From a virus, in the IMG/VR virus record IMGVR_UViG_3300046328_000506, positions 32,001-96,000 of that record: 64,000 nucleotides of DNA; one strand, 5' to 3'. The notes under the pieces are model-generated. The model saw only the letters and a program-made list of their open reading frames with translations, was not told the origin of the DNA and did not search any database. Position 1 is the first letter of the stretch. The number at the start of each line of letters is the position of its first letter. Positions 48,958 through 58,713 of this stretch are shown one piece after another. The translations under genes and the position numbers were made by a program.

Positions 48958-51693
48958 TTATTCACAACTAATACAATGCGCAAATTTACGACTAAACTCA
49001 GAAGCAGATGAAATGTTATGCTGATAATACAAAGTCTTAACTCCCATATCGTGTGCAAGTAACATTAATCTATTTACTTCTTTTGCTGTAGTATCTGCTG
49101 TAATAAATAAGTTTAATGATTGTGATTGGTCAATATACTTTTGCCTATGTGCTGCTTGTATAATTATTTCTTCTTGACTAATCTCTCGTGATGTTTTAAA
49201 TACTAACTTCTCATCATCTGTAAGGAAATCTAAATGTAACACACTTCCCTTTTCTTTCATTATACTATTCCATACTTCATCGGTATTTTTACCTTTTTTA
49301 ATTAATAAGTTTTGTAAGTAGGGATTTTTAATTACAAACTTTCCTTTTGCTAAATCTTTAATATAATAGTTACTATCGTAAGGTTCTATACTTTGACTTA
49401 CTTGTCCTAAAATAAACGCACTACTTGTTGTGGGGGCAATTGCTTGTAGTGTAGTATTTCTTCTACCTGTTCCTTTTGTCCATTCACATTCACCAAACAT
49501 TACAGCTAACTTTTTAGACGCTTTTAAGGCTTGTGATTGAATTGTTTTTTGTATTGATACATTATGTAGTCTTGCTTCCAACGATTCAAATGGTATCATC
49601 TTAGATTGTAAATAAGAGTGATAACCTAACCTGCCAATACCTAATGCTCTATGATTCTTAGCAAAGTTTACTGTCTTTTCCATGAACTTTATCTTAGATG
49701 CCTTATTTATAAACTCTGTCATTACAGCATCCAATAAAAACGTAACTACTTCTACACAATCTGTATCTTTCCACTCTTCATAATACAAATCATTTAAGGA
49801 AGCTAAATCACACACAAAAGATTCTTCAGTATTTACTGGCAAACAAACTTCAGAACAATTAGATGTGATAACACTATTACAAATCCAAAGATGCTCATTT
49901 GAATTCACTGTCGTACAATACACATCTTCATTACCAACATATTCTATAGATTTTATTTTATACGATTTTTTACAGTTACTCCTATATTCTCTATCTTCAA
50001 TAATAATATTTTTTCGTGATAAAAATCCTGTGTATTTTTCTAATTCTAATGCTGCATTTTTATCTCCAAAATATAATCTCCAACAATCCTTTGTTTCATA
50101 ATATTTATGACCACCATTTCCGTCTGGTAACAATGTTTCGCCAGCTTTTCTCATTATTGCTATCTTTGCATTTAAACCGAGATTGTTAAATAGTATTTGT
50201 AATTCTTCTAAAAACTCTCGATTAATGTTTGATAGTGATACTTGAAGTGCTTGATTACTTTCTTGTAATCCGACTGTGCCATCAGCATATAATAATCCCC
50301 TTATATATTGCCATTGAGTTAATTCGTCAGATTCCCAAATCCATTGTGGCACATATCCTTTTTCAAAATTTAATGCTTTTTTTAAACTTTTACTTGTTAA
50401 TCTTTTCTTTTTAACAGTAGAATGATAAACTGCACAATCTGCAAATTTTGCAATTTCATAAACTCTATTGTTTACTCCAATATTTGATTTATATTTGTTA
50501 GTAATATTAGTAAAACATGTTTCAATTTCTGGTATTAAATCAAAATCGTTTTCCCACACATCTAACATAACAGAGTCTTTATGCTGAGTTCCATCTGCTT
50601 GATATAGTCCTAATAAAAACGCCTCTTCTTGCATTGAATTTTTGCCAAAAATACCTTTGTTTGTTTGAGTGCAAACTTTATCATCAACTTTTAAATCTTT
50701 ACATTCAACCATGCCATACTTATTGTCTCCATAATAAACTTTTACTTTGTGATAAGAAGTAACTGTGTGAGTAATTCCATTCTCCAAAGTTAATTTATAC
50801 ACAGGAGCATCTTTCTCAATTAATCTCATTGGGGAAGCAGTTACAATTTTTGTATTATCAAAAAGTGTTAATTCTTCACCTCTGTCATATAATTCTTTAA
50901 CAGTTAATAAGCCGTCTGAGGTTGGAACTCGTTCACTCCCTATTACACAAAGATTTGACGCTTTAATCAAGGATTTGTTCTTATAAACTTCTGGTGTAGA
51001 TTCTCCGTTATTTACATTATCTTTAAAAAATATGTAAGGTAAACCTGTTTCAAATCTTTTCTGAATTACTTTAGCCCAAAGATTTCTTTTTTCAGCATCA
51101 CCCTCTTTCATTTTTTTAATCCAATCAGAAGAAATACATACTCCCCAAGTTAATTGTTGTATTGGATTACCTTCTTTTCTTATGCCCAACCACTCCTCTA
51201 TATCTGGATGTGTAATGTCTTGGTAAACAGCAAGATAACCCCTTCTTGATGAGCCTTGAGAAATCGTATTACTTACACTTTGGAATAGTTCTAAGAAACT
51301 AAATGTACCATTACTCTTACCATTGTTTGTAATAGCACTGCCTCTTGGTCTTACATCTCCAAAATAAGCTGATGTACCACCGCCAAGTTTACTCATCATA
51401 CCTATTTCTGCTGATGTTGATAAAATATCTTCTACTGTATCGTTTACATAACTTGAAAAGCAAGAGATTGGTAAACCTCTGTCTGTGCCAAAGTTAGTCC
51501 AAATAGGTGTAGATAAACTTATCCAACCATTAGCTATGTATTGTTGTAGTTTTATAGAGAAACCTTCTATCCCTAATATCTTTTCAGCATTATCCCCAAC
51601 TATTTTTATTCTTTCTTCTACTGTTTGATTTGGTAGTAAATAATCTTTTGATAGAAACTCCTTAGAGTAGTCTGTAAGCCATCTTATAGTCAT
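48958..51693 (-). CDS. nrdA: Class I ribonucleotide reductase alpha subunit, intein-containing, no ATP cone
   Basis: GLPISCF, SQGSSRRG, SNL|CSE, AIAPTTSS, IDQSQSLN, KTLYY, C-terminal CISCE. Confidence 0.95.
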   Translation of the reverse strand: MTIRWLTDYSKEFLSKDYLLPNQTVEERIKIVGDNAEKILGIEGFSIKLQQYIANGWISLSTPIWTNFGTDRGLPISCFSSYVNDTVEDILSTSAEIGMMSKLGGGTSAYFGDVRPRGSAITNNGKSNGTFSFLELFQSVSNTISQGSSRRGYLAVYQDITHPDIEEWLGIRKEGNPIQQLTWGVCISSDWIKKMKEGDAEKRNLWAKVIQKRFETGLPYIFFKDNVNNGESTPEVYKNKSLIKASNLCVIGSERVPTSDGLLTVKELYDRGEELTLFDNTKIVTASPMRLIEKDAPVYKLTLENGITHTVTSYHKVKVYYGDNKYGMVECKDLKVDDKVCTQTNKGIFGKNSMQEEAFLLGLYQADGTQHKDSVMLDVWENDFDLIPEIETCFTNITNKYKSNIGVNNRVYEIAKFADCAVYHSTVKKKRLTSKSLKKALNFEKGYVPQWIWESDELTQWQYIRGLLYADGTVGLQESNQALQVSLSNINREFLEELQILFNNLGLNAKIAIMRKAGETLLPDGNGGHKYYETKDCWRLYFGDKNAALELEKYTGFLSRKNIIIEDREYRSNCKKSYKIKSIEYVGNEDVYCTTVNSNEHLWICNSVITSNCSEVCLPVNTEESFVCDLASLNDLYYEEWKDTDCVEVVTFLLDAVMTEFINKASKIKFMEKTVNFAKNHRALGIGRLGYHSYLQSKMIPFESLEARLHNVSIQKTIQSQALKASKKLAVMFGECEWTKGTGRRNTTLQAIAPTTSSAFILGQVSQSIEPYDSNYYIKDLAKGKFVIKNPYLQNLLIKKGKNTDEVWNSIMKEKGSVLHLDFLTDDEKLVFKTSREISQEEIIIQAAHRQKYIDQSQSLNLFITADTTAKEVNRLMLLAHDMGVKTLYYQHNISSASEFSRKFAHCISCE
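49858..50949 (-). mobile_element. Intein (364 aa) with LAGLIDADG homing endonuclease in nrdA
   Basis: Begins CVIGSERV, ends VYCTTV...ITSN before the catalytic Cys; LLGLYQADG and IRGLLYADG motifs. Confidence 0.92.
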
Positions 51694-51715
51694 TGGTTTT
51701 ATCTATTATAGGTTG

Positions 51716-53665
51716 TTAAAATAAATCGTCTGAAGTAATGCTTTGTGCTTTCTTAGTGTAATTTGTAGGTACTTTATTGAAAAAGTCTGTATGTGTATTA
51801 GATAAGGTTTCTACATCAAACCATGCTACTTGTTTTAATAGTTCTGTATTAACATAGTATATCTTATTAGCGCCTATCATTTCTAATGACTTGTTAAATC
51901 TATCTTTTAAAAATTCTATAACTACATTTTTAGGTAAGAAATCTATTTCTCCATTTTGGAATATCCAATCTACTATTTTTTCTTCTGCTGAAAATGCTTT
52001 TTTACAAGCTCTTGTAATTGTGTCGTAAAACTCTTGTGTAAATATTTCTGGGCATTGCTTTTTAACTAAACTAATGATATAAGCCCCAGCTTTGGCATGG
52101 AGGTCTTCCTCTGACCTTGTAGCTTGTATTACATTATCAATACCTTTAAATAAATTCTTTTCTTTGTTGAATGATTTAATAATGAGGAACTGAGAAAACA
52201 AAGATACATTCTCTATAAATAAACTAAATAGAGTAAGGGTTAGTATGTATTGTTCTTTGTTATTTGAGCTTGCGTTTTTTAAATATTTTTCTAAATAATC
52301 TATTCTCCCTTGTATAACAGGTTCTTCTATTAGTTTTTCAAACGCTTCATTTAAACCTAATAATTCTAAAAGATTAGCATAAGCTCTTAGATGACGAATT
52401 TCCGAGTTACCCCCAATAAACGTACAATTATTATATCTTGTTACAATTGCACCAGATGGTACAGTTACACAATATATATTTCCTGTGTAATTTTCTATTG
52501 TTTCTTTAAGTGCGCTAAATGCTACTTTTTCTCTGTTAGCAATAAATGAAACAATATAAACATCGTTAAATGTTTCTTTTCTGGAATCTTTATGTATTCC
52601 CATATTAGCTTTATATCCAGCCAATGTTCCTATCATTTGTACAATATCAGCGTTTGTTTTGTCTGTGGTAGAATATTTTATCTTACAATCTTTTTTGTGT
52701 GGTAATCTTGTGCCATCCCAGTAAGACAATTCTTCAACAAAATCTTTACACCATAAATGAGATTGTTTATCAATTACAACCCAATTAAATTGCTTGTAAT
52801 TAAATTCTGTATCCATATCAATTTCAACTTTAATGTAACCTGTTTTTGTCACATTAAACGTTCTATATGTTACATCGCAATCTTTTAATATTTCAAAAAG
52901 CCTTTCTTTTTTACGTTCTTTCTTAACACTTATTTCATAAGTATGACAATTAGAACTTGTGCCCCTATGCCTTTTTTCTCCACTTTTTAATCTTCTCCAA
53001 CGAATTGAACCATCTGCTTGTATCGCAATTTTTAATCTTTCTAATGATGTTAGTTTATGAATTTCACCATTAATAATACCTGCTTCTGGTAAAAAATTAT
53101 TACTATTTTTTACACCAAGTTCTTTAATACTTTTTGATGTGTAGTTTCCTTTTGAATCAAAATACACGATTCTATGATTTGGTGTGATTTGTACATCAAT
53201 ACCTTTTTTGTGAAGTTTGTGAATTTCTCCAGAGTAATGTTCTTTAATAGTCCTAAGTGCTGGTGTAAAATTAATCTTACAATCTTCAGTATACTGTGCT
53301 ACTAAATCACCAACATTTATTTTTTCAAAATTTACCCATCCATTTGGTGTTAGTATTTCAGTGCCTTCAATATGACACTCACCGAAGCTAACACCCAGCA
53401 TATCAAATTCTGGTTTGGGGAATTGATTATACAAGTTACTCCAAAACCTTTTTACATTTACTTCTATTTGTGATATTGCAAGCATTGCATTTGTTACAGC
53501 ACTTCGTTCTACGACACTCAAATTTGCTTTGAAGTCTTGTATATCACTGTTATAATTGAACTCGCTATGAAGCCAATAGCTATGGTTTATAGCATCTACA
53601 AAATCTATTAACTCTGGGTACTCGTAAGGTTTTAACGTAGTTCTTTTTTCAAATATATTTGGCAT
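51716..53665 (-). CDS. nrdB: Class I ribonucleotide reductase beta subunit, intein-containing
   Basis: KPYEYP, SQIE, SEIRH..AY, IENVSLFSQF, EEDLH, DFF. Confidence 0.95.
   Translation of the reverse strand: MPNIFEKRTTLKPYEYPELIDFVDAINHSYWLHSEFNYNSDIQDFKANLSVVERSAVTNAMLAISQIEVNVKRFWSNLYNQFPKPEFDMLGVSFGECHIEGTEILTPNGWVNFEKINVGDLVAQYTEDCKINFTPALRTIKEHYSGEIHKLHKKGIDVQITPNHRIVYFDSKGNYTSKSIKELGVKNSNNFLPEAGIINGEIHKLTSLERLKIAIQADGSIRWRRLKSGEKRHRGTSSNCHTYEISVKKERKKERLFEILKDCDVTYRTFNVTKTGYIKVEIDMDTEFNYKQFNWVVIDKQSHLWCKDFVEELSYWDGTRLPHKKDCKIKYSTTDKTNADIVQMIGTLAGYKANMGIHKDSRKETFNDVYIVSFIANREKVAFSALKETIENYTGNIYCVTVPSGAIVTRYNNCTFIGGNSEIRHLRAYANLLELLGLNEAFEKLIEEPVIQGRIDYLEKYLKNASSNNKEQYILTLTLFSLFIENVSLFSQFLIIKSFNKEKNLFKGIDNVIQATRSEEDLHAKAGAYIISLVKKQCPEIFTQEFYDTITRACKKAFSAEEKIVDWIFQNGEIDFLPKNVVIEFLKDRFNKSLEMIGANKIYYVNTELLKQVAWFDVETLSNTHTDFFNKVPTNYTKKAQSITSDDLF
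52406..53377 (-). mobile_element. Intein (324 aa) with LAGLIDADG-like endonuclease in nrdB
   Basis: Begins CHIEGTEILT, block B TPNH, ends IYCVTVPSG...GGN before Ser; IAIQADG and LSYWDG motifs. Confidence 0.9.
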
Positions 53666-53697
53666 TGTATAATTGTTTATAATTTTAAAAAGGATTG

Positions 53698-53729
53698 CAA
53701 AGATAGTCTATAAAAACAAAAAACCCAAA
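53698..53729 (-). promoter_or_regulatory. Bacteroidota sigma-A promoter for nrdBA
   Basis: TTTG-N20-TATCTTTG on the minus strand. Confidence 0.75.
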
Positions 53730-53756
53730 TACTATGATACTTAGGTATTTGGGTTT
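53712..53756 (-). terminator. Intrinsic terminator
   Basis: AAACCCAAATAC / GTATTTGGGTTT stem followed by a U-tract on the minus strand. Confidence 0.7.
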
Positions 53757-53784
53757 AACTGTTTGAAATACATTATTTTATTTA

Positions 53785-54045
53785 CTAAAAAATTAATGTA
53801 AATATTAATATAATTATTTCAGCAATCCAATAATTTAATATTACTGATAAAGTAGTCATTAGCCACAAGTTATCATCTACTAAATCTTTAAAATATTTGT
53901 TTACTTTGTCTTGTTGTTCTTCTGGATTGTATTCATCTAATTCTACTGTTCTCGCTAAATACCAATTGTATAACAATAAAGATATGTAAATAGCTGATGC
54001 TGAAAACGCATATAGAATGTCTTTTGTTTTTTGATTCATAAACAT
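53785..54045 (-). CDS. Small two-TM membrane protein
   Basis: Hydrophobic N- and C-terminal segments. Confidence 0.55.
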   Translation of the reverse strand: MFMNQKTKDILYAFSASAIYISLLLYNWYLARTVELDEYNPEEQQDKVNKYFKDLVDDNLWLMTTLSVILNYWIAEIIILIFTLIF

Positions 54046-54093
54046 TAGTTTTATAATGCAAATTTAAGTACAAATAATTTAATATCACAATAA

Positions 54094-54125
54094 TTTGATA
54101 AAGATTTTTATTATTTATATCTTTG
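54094..54125 (+). promoter_or_regulatory. Bacteroidota sigma-A promoter
   Basis: TTTG-N20-TATCTTTG upstream of 54155. Confidence 0.75.
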
Positions 54126-54154
54126 TGCAAAATTAAAACTGATAAAAATAATAA

Positions 54155-54901
54155 ATGGAAACTTTAAAGACATTCAATATAAGTGAATATCCTTGTTTTG
54201 TAAAACGAGATGTGTTGAGAAAAGAAATAGAAGCATTAGGTATTAATGTAAATTGTGTATATGATATGTATGTATCAGAAGTACAAACTTATAAACATGG
54301 AAAGTATGTTTTTGTTTGGAGAACTTCTGGAGTACAAGATTTAATGGGAGATAACATAAAAGATTTAACGGAAAAACAAAAAGAGGATTTAGTGTACTTA
54401 GCTGCAAATGATAATTCTTTTATTTATAATGTGTTTGTTATCCCAATATCTATATTTGACAAAACTCCGTATATTGGCTTTCCTGCTGATACATATTCTG
54501 GTGATGTTATATCTAAATTAAAATGGATTATTGGGGAATTAAAAAAAGATGCCGAACAATACATTGATAGGTTTTTATCTTATAATGAGTACATTATTCG
54601 TCTGAGTATTGACTGGTATGATGGAAATGATGCTGAATATGAGTTTTTATTCAAACAAAATTTGCAAAATGAGTTATTTTACATTACCAATATCACAGGT
54701 AGAGGAGATACTTATAGATTTGGTATTGATAATAAGATTAGTAAATTAATAAGCGAAAATTTTAAAAGTATTATAGACAACTTTAAACTTACCTCTTATA
54801 CAAGAAATGAAAGTAGGGATAGAGAAAAAGAAGTTAATGGCGAGAAAATTCTCCATAAATGTTACGAAACTGATTATATAATTAAATTACCAATAAACTA
54901 A
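54155..54901 (+). CDS. Hypothetical protein
   Basis: 248-aa ORF with promoter. Confidence 0.7.
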   Translation: METLKTFNISEYPCFVKRDVLRKEIEALGINVNCVYDMYVSEVQTYKHGKYVFVWRTSGVQDLMGDNIKDLTEKQKEDLVYLAANDNSFIYNVFVIPISIFDKTPYIGFPADTYSGDVISKLKWIIGELKKDAEQYIDRFLSYNEYIIRLSIDWYDGNDAEYEFLFKQNLQNELFYITNITGRGDTYRFGIDNKISKLISENFKSIIDNFKLTSYTRNESRDREKEVNGEKILHKCYETDYIIKLPIN

Positions 54902-55001
54902 ATTTAACCTCCCTATAAAAACATGAGTACAATTATTATTATTTTTGCTCTTTTAGTTGTAATTAATTATGGTGTAAATATTTACATGAATAAAAAATCA
55001 A

Positions 55002-55268
55002 ATGAGACTAATTAATCTTTCATCAATACCTAAGTTTGGAGAATTATCTACTGAGGAAGCTATTGATTATTGCTTAGATAATGATATAGATACAATACGT
55101 GATAACTTCTCAGATTATAAAATAGAATATACTTTATCTGATTTAATTGTAATACCTGAATATAAAACTAAAACTATTTGGGAGAACATTAGGGATAGGG
55201 GAATTGAATATTTAGAAAGACAAGAGTTAAAAATTAAGATAAACTATTACCCAAAAGAATTTGAATAA
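55002..55268 (+). CDS. Hypothetical protein
   Basis: 88-aa ORF in plus-strand operon. Confidence 0.55.
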   Translation: MRLINLSSIPKFGELSTEEAIDYCLDNDIDTIRDNFSDYKIEYTLSDLIVIPEYKTKTIWENIRDRGIEYLERQELKIKINYYPKEFE

Positions 55269-55512
55269 AAATATGAAAACATATAAGTTGAGAAAATACA
55301 ATCCAAGTGGTCTTTTTGAAATCACAGAAAAAGATTACACTAAATTGAAAGGGGTTATTTTTTCAGAAGAAACAGATTCTATTGATATATTAAAATGCAC
55401 AGATACAAAAAGTGGTAACGAAGTGTATTTAAAAAATCTTTCTGTAAAAAATAATATTGCACAATTAGGGGCAAAAGGATATTTACCAAAAGTTATAGAT
55501 TTTAATAAATAA
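55261..55512 (+). CDS. Hypothetical protein
   Basis: 83-aa ORF; start possibly the internal ATG. Confidence 0.55.
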   Translation: MNKNMKTYKLRKYNPSGLFEITEKDYTKLKGVIFSEETDSIDILKCTDTKSGNEVYLKNLSVKNNIAQLGAKGYLPKVIDFNK

Positions 55513-55650
55513 TGAAACTTAAAATAGAAATACCACCTAATCAAGCTAACGCCTCATGCCCTAATAAAAATGAATGTAAAATAATTAGGATACCAAATGG
55601 TGATAGTGAAAGTTTAATGTGTAAGAACTGTAATAAAAAAGTAAATTAAA

Positions 55651-55956
55651 ATGAAGAAACTTGTATATGGAACACCTATGATAGATATATCTGACTTAGA
55701 ACAAGTAAAAGAAGAATCTACTAATAAAGTATTTAATGAAATAAAAATTAATCACTCAGAATTTATACAACAAACTTATAGTGAATCAATGACAGATTCT
55801 TCAAAAGTTAAAGTAATGACCTCTGTTTGTCTACTAACATCAAGAGAATTTGTTACACTAAATAAAATAATAGAAAAGTTAGAATCTGAGGATTATAGTA
55901 AAGGTGAAATAATTGAACAATTAAGAAAATTAACAACAGAAACTATTTATTTATGA
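55651..55956 (+). CDS. Hypothetical protein
   Basis: 101-aa ORF. Confidence 0.6.
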   Translation: MKKLVYGTPMIDISDLEQVKEESTNKVFNEIKINHSEFIQQTYSESMTDSSKVKVMTSVCLLTSREFVTLNKIIEKLESEDYSKGEIIEQLRKLTTETIYL

Positions 55957-56267
55957 AACTAACAATTGATACAAAACTAAAACAAATAATGATAGAAGAT
56001 TCTGTTAGTATTAACGAACTAAATTCTTTTATAGTAAAGAATGGTTATAATGATTATACAATAGTTTCAAAAGAAAAAATAGAAGCAGATAAATTAAGGG
56101 AATGGTTTAATCAACCAAGAGATTATATTACAACAAACAATCTCCCAACTTTTAATCCTACATATTATGGCGGTAATGATGCACTTGATAATAGTAAATC
56201 AATGATAGGTAAGGTTACAACAAATGGTAGTATGTCTTTTGGTAACTTCTCTAAAAACGCTTTGTAA
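55953..56267 (+). CDS. Hypothetical protein
   Basis: 104-aa ORF, ATGA-coupled. Confidence 0.6.
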   Translation: MKLTIDTKLKQIMIEDSVSINELNSFIVKNGYNDYTIVSKEKIEADKLREWFNQPRDYITTNNLPTFNPTYYGGNDALDNSKSMIGKVTTNGSMSFGNFSKNAL

Positions 56268-56610
56268 TATGATAATAAATAAAATGTTAATGTATAATGC
56301 AGTAATTTGTAATAAATTACCGTTTGATTTTTTTAAGGATGTTGAGTGTGATTTTTCTACTGTTGATGGTAATAGAAAAATATTTTATGTAAAGAGGGCA
56401 TTGGGGGAAATTTTAAAAATAGATGTTACAGACTATAGTGTTAGCATTTATTATTCAAAAGTTTTAGAACGTGATGGAAATAGTAGTATTGCAAAAACAA
56501 TAGAGGAGAGTTTTACTTATGGCTCTAAAAATACCAATGAGCATTTTGATATATGGTGTAATCGTATTATTAATTCTGTAAGCACAATTCAAGAGAAAAT
56601 GTTTGTATAA
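56224..56610 (+). CDS. Hypothetical protein
   Basis: ORF; true start probably downstream (MIINK). Confidence 0.55.
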   Translation: MVVCLLVTSLKTLCNMIINKMLMYNAVICNKLPFDFFKDVECDFSTVDGNRKIFYVKRALGEILKIDVTDYSVSIYYSKVLERDGNSSIAKTIEESFTYGSKNTNEHFDIWCNRIINSVSTIQEKMFV

Positions 56611-56675
56611 AAACTTTTATATTTCAATTATAAGCTAAGATAATTTTAAACCTATATTGTATCAACTTAAAAAAG

Positions 56676-56719
56676 AAAGTGCCTTAAAACTCAATTGTGA
56701 AAGTTTTAAGGCACTTTTT
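56676..56719. terminator. Bidirectional intrinsic terminator
   Basis: AAAGTGCCTTAAAACT / AGTTTTAAGGCACTTT between convergent gene blocks. Confidence 0.8.
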
Positions 56720-56910
56720 ATTTGCTTGGTATTTACTTTTTAATTTTATTAATATCATTTGTATCAACTTCTCTGTAACTAACATTCTCAAACTTTTTTG
56801 GAGAAGCTAATATGTTATCAAGTTCTTGTTTTGTAAGGATTTCCATTACAGTATTAGAACTGTACACATCTAAATAATTAACTAAGTATTTTTTCATGTT
56901 CTCTAATTGT

Positions 56911-57141
56911 TTAAATTAAACTTGGTTTATAATCTACTCTTTTTCTATTATCTATTGGTATCACTTTGTAAAAGCCTTCAATTAATATATTGTGGGTTTC
57001 AAAATTCTTAATCATGTTTTCTAATCTTTCTCCAACATTTTCTCCAAAACAAGTGTAGTTCATATCTTCTGATATTAACTCTGCTCAATTAGAAGGTAAG
57101 TGAAAATAGATTATACAATCTTTATGTATTTTTGGTTTCAT
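56911..57141 (-). pseudogene. 76-codon ORF with one in-frame TGA (pseudogene or read-through gene)
   Basis: MKPKIHKDCIIYFHLPSN-TGA-AELISEDMNY...KPSLI; ATG lies 1 nt after the stop of the upstream gene. Confidence 0.55.
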
Positions 57142-57142
57142 T

Positions 57143-57343
57143 TTATTCTTCAATTAAATCTTCATAATTAACTATTAACTCTTTCAACTGCTCTTCTGTT
57201 AAACCTCTTTCTCTAAAACCTTCTAACATAGCTTTATTACAAAGTATTTTTGGGGAAGGAAGTTCTGGCGAAGTCTCTATCTTTTTATATAGACTTGCAA
57301 ATGCTTCCTTTAATGCTTTTTCTGATAATTCAAAGTTACTCAT
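57143..57343 (-). CDS. Hypothetical protein
   Basis: 66-aa ORF. Confidence 0.6.
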   Translation of the reverse strand: MSNFELSEKALKEAFASLYKKIETSPELPSPKILCNKAMLEGFRERGLTEEQLKELIVNYEDLIEE

Positions 57344-57453
57344 TTTATTTTTGTTATACTAACTTTTTGTACTGTGCAAATAATTATGCTATTTTCTTGT
57401 GTGGCTACGTTAAGGTATTTTTGGTACAGTGTGCGGTGGAGGAAACCATCTTG

Positions 57454-57966
57454 TTAATTTTCATACCCCTGCCTATACACTACATTGTTTGGAAATTTAG
57501 TTACCCTATTCCCTTGAAAAAAGAAATCTGGGTTTGTCCAGTATATCCCTTTAACTACTGATTGTTGTATTATACAATACCTTGTTAATTCTTTTATCGC
57601 ATTATGATATGTAGAGAGAGATTTAATTAAATTCTCATCCATATATCTTTTTGTATTTATCCACACAAAATCTTTATTTGAGTCTGCTTCATATATTAAC
57701 CACAAATATAACCTTTGTGATTTGTCAGATAGCCCATTTATAATTTGTCTGTGAATAGCTTTTGTATAAACTTTTGTAAATGGAGTATATTCCATCTCCA
57801 ATTGCTTGTTTATCAAATCCCCATCCTTGTCTTTATGATAAGTATCTTTCTGGGTAAACGTAGATACTGGTATTTGTAACCCACATACAAAAGGATTAAT
57901 ACCTAAATCCTTTTCTTCAAATAATGGTTTGTATACTCTTGATGATTCTTTCTTTCTCGCAGCCAT
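57454..57966 (-). CDS. RepL-like replication/HTH protein (copy 2)
   Basis: Colinear paralogue of 10118..10645 (FTKVY, YHNAIKEL, GIYWTNPDFFFQGNR). Confidence 0.75.
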   Translation of the reverse strand: MAARKKESSRVYKPLFEEKDLGINPFVCGLQIPVSTFTQKDTYHKDKDGDLINKQLEMEYTPFTKVYTKAIHRQIINGLSDKSQRLYLWLIYEADSNKDFVWINTKRYMDENLIKSLSTYHNAIKELTRYCIIQQSVVKGIYWTNPDFFFQGNRVTKFPNNVVYRQGYEN

Positions 57967-57985
57967 TGATTGTTCTAATTATTTA

Positions 57986-58017
57986 CAAAGATACGAAGAA
58001 TTTATTATAAATACAAA
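57986..58017 (-). promoter_or_regulatory. Bacteroidota sigma-A promoter
   Basis: TTTG-N20-TATCTTTG upstream of repL-like copy 2. Confidence 0.78.
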
Positions 58018-58713
58018 TAATTGTACTAATTATGTTTATTTGTATAATGTTTTTATTCTTGTAATATACAGTACAAAAAATTACTATGATAAAAATGATA
58101 TAACTTATTGATTGTTAGAGCTTTACAAGGATATTATGACAAACTCGTTTTAGCAGTAATATTAATTACTTTGTACCAAATCCAAGTATAGTTAAATAGT
58201 GGTATAACTACTGTGATACTCAATGAGTTACAGTGATTTTCTCTATGTAAAAAATTGTACTACTATTTTTATACCCCTCCCCCTTTTGAATTTAATATCT
58301 TTAACCGTTATAAATTTTTACACAGTACCTATATTAGTAATGATACCCCCTCACTTTTTAATGGGATTATAGTTTCTGATAATAAAATTGTATGTGTGTG
58401 TTCTAAGGGTGATACCATCTCATAATTGACCCTCCATCAAGAGCGTATTAGAAAATAGAATTGATATACTGTTTCCTATTGGGAACAGTCTATTGATTTT
58501 ATAAAAAAGAATAGCTTTACAGTAATGTAAAGTAACAGAATCAATTAAGCGGTGTTAGTTGCTTAATCTATTCTTATTCTAATGTGCATAGTAAGGCGTT
58601 ATCTTGCAAGGCTTAACACACTTGTAAGATATTAGGATAAGAATAAAAGGGTATCCCTTTTTTCTCTTTGCAGTGTTAAATAGTTTCCTTACAACTATTG
58701 CAAAGTTTTTTAA

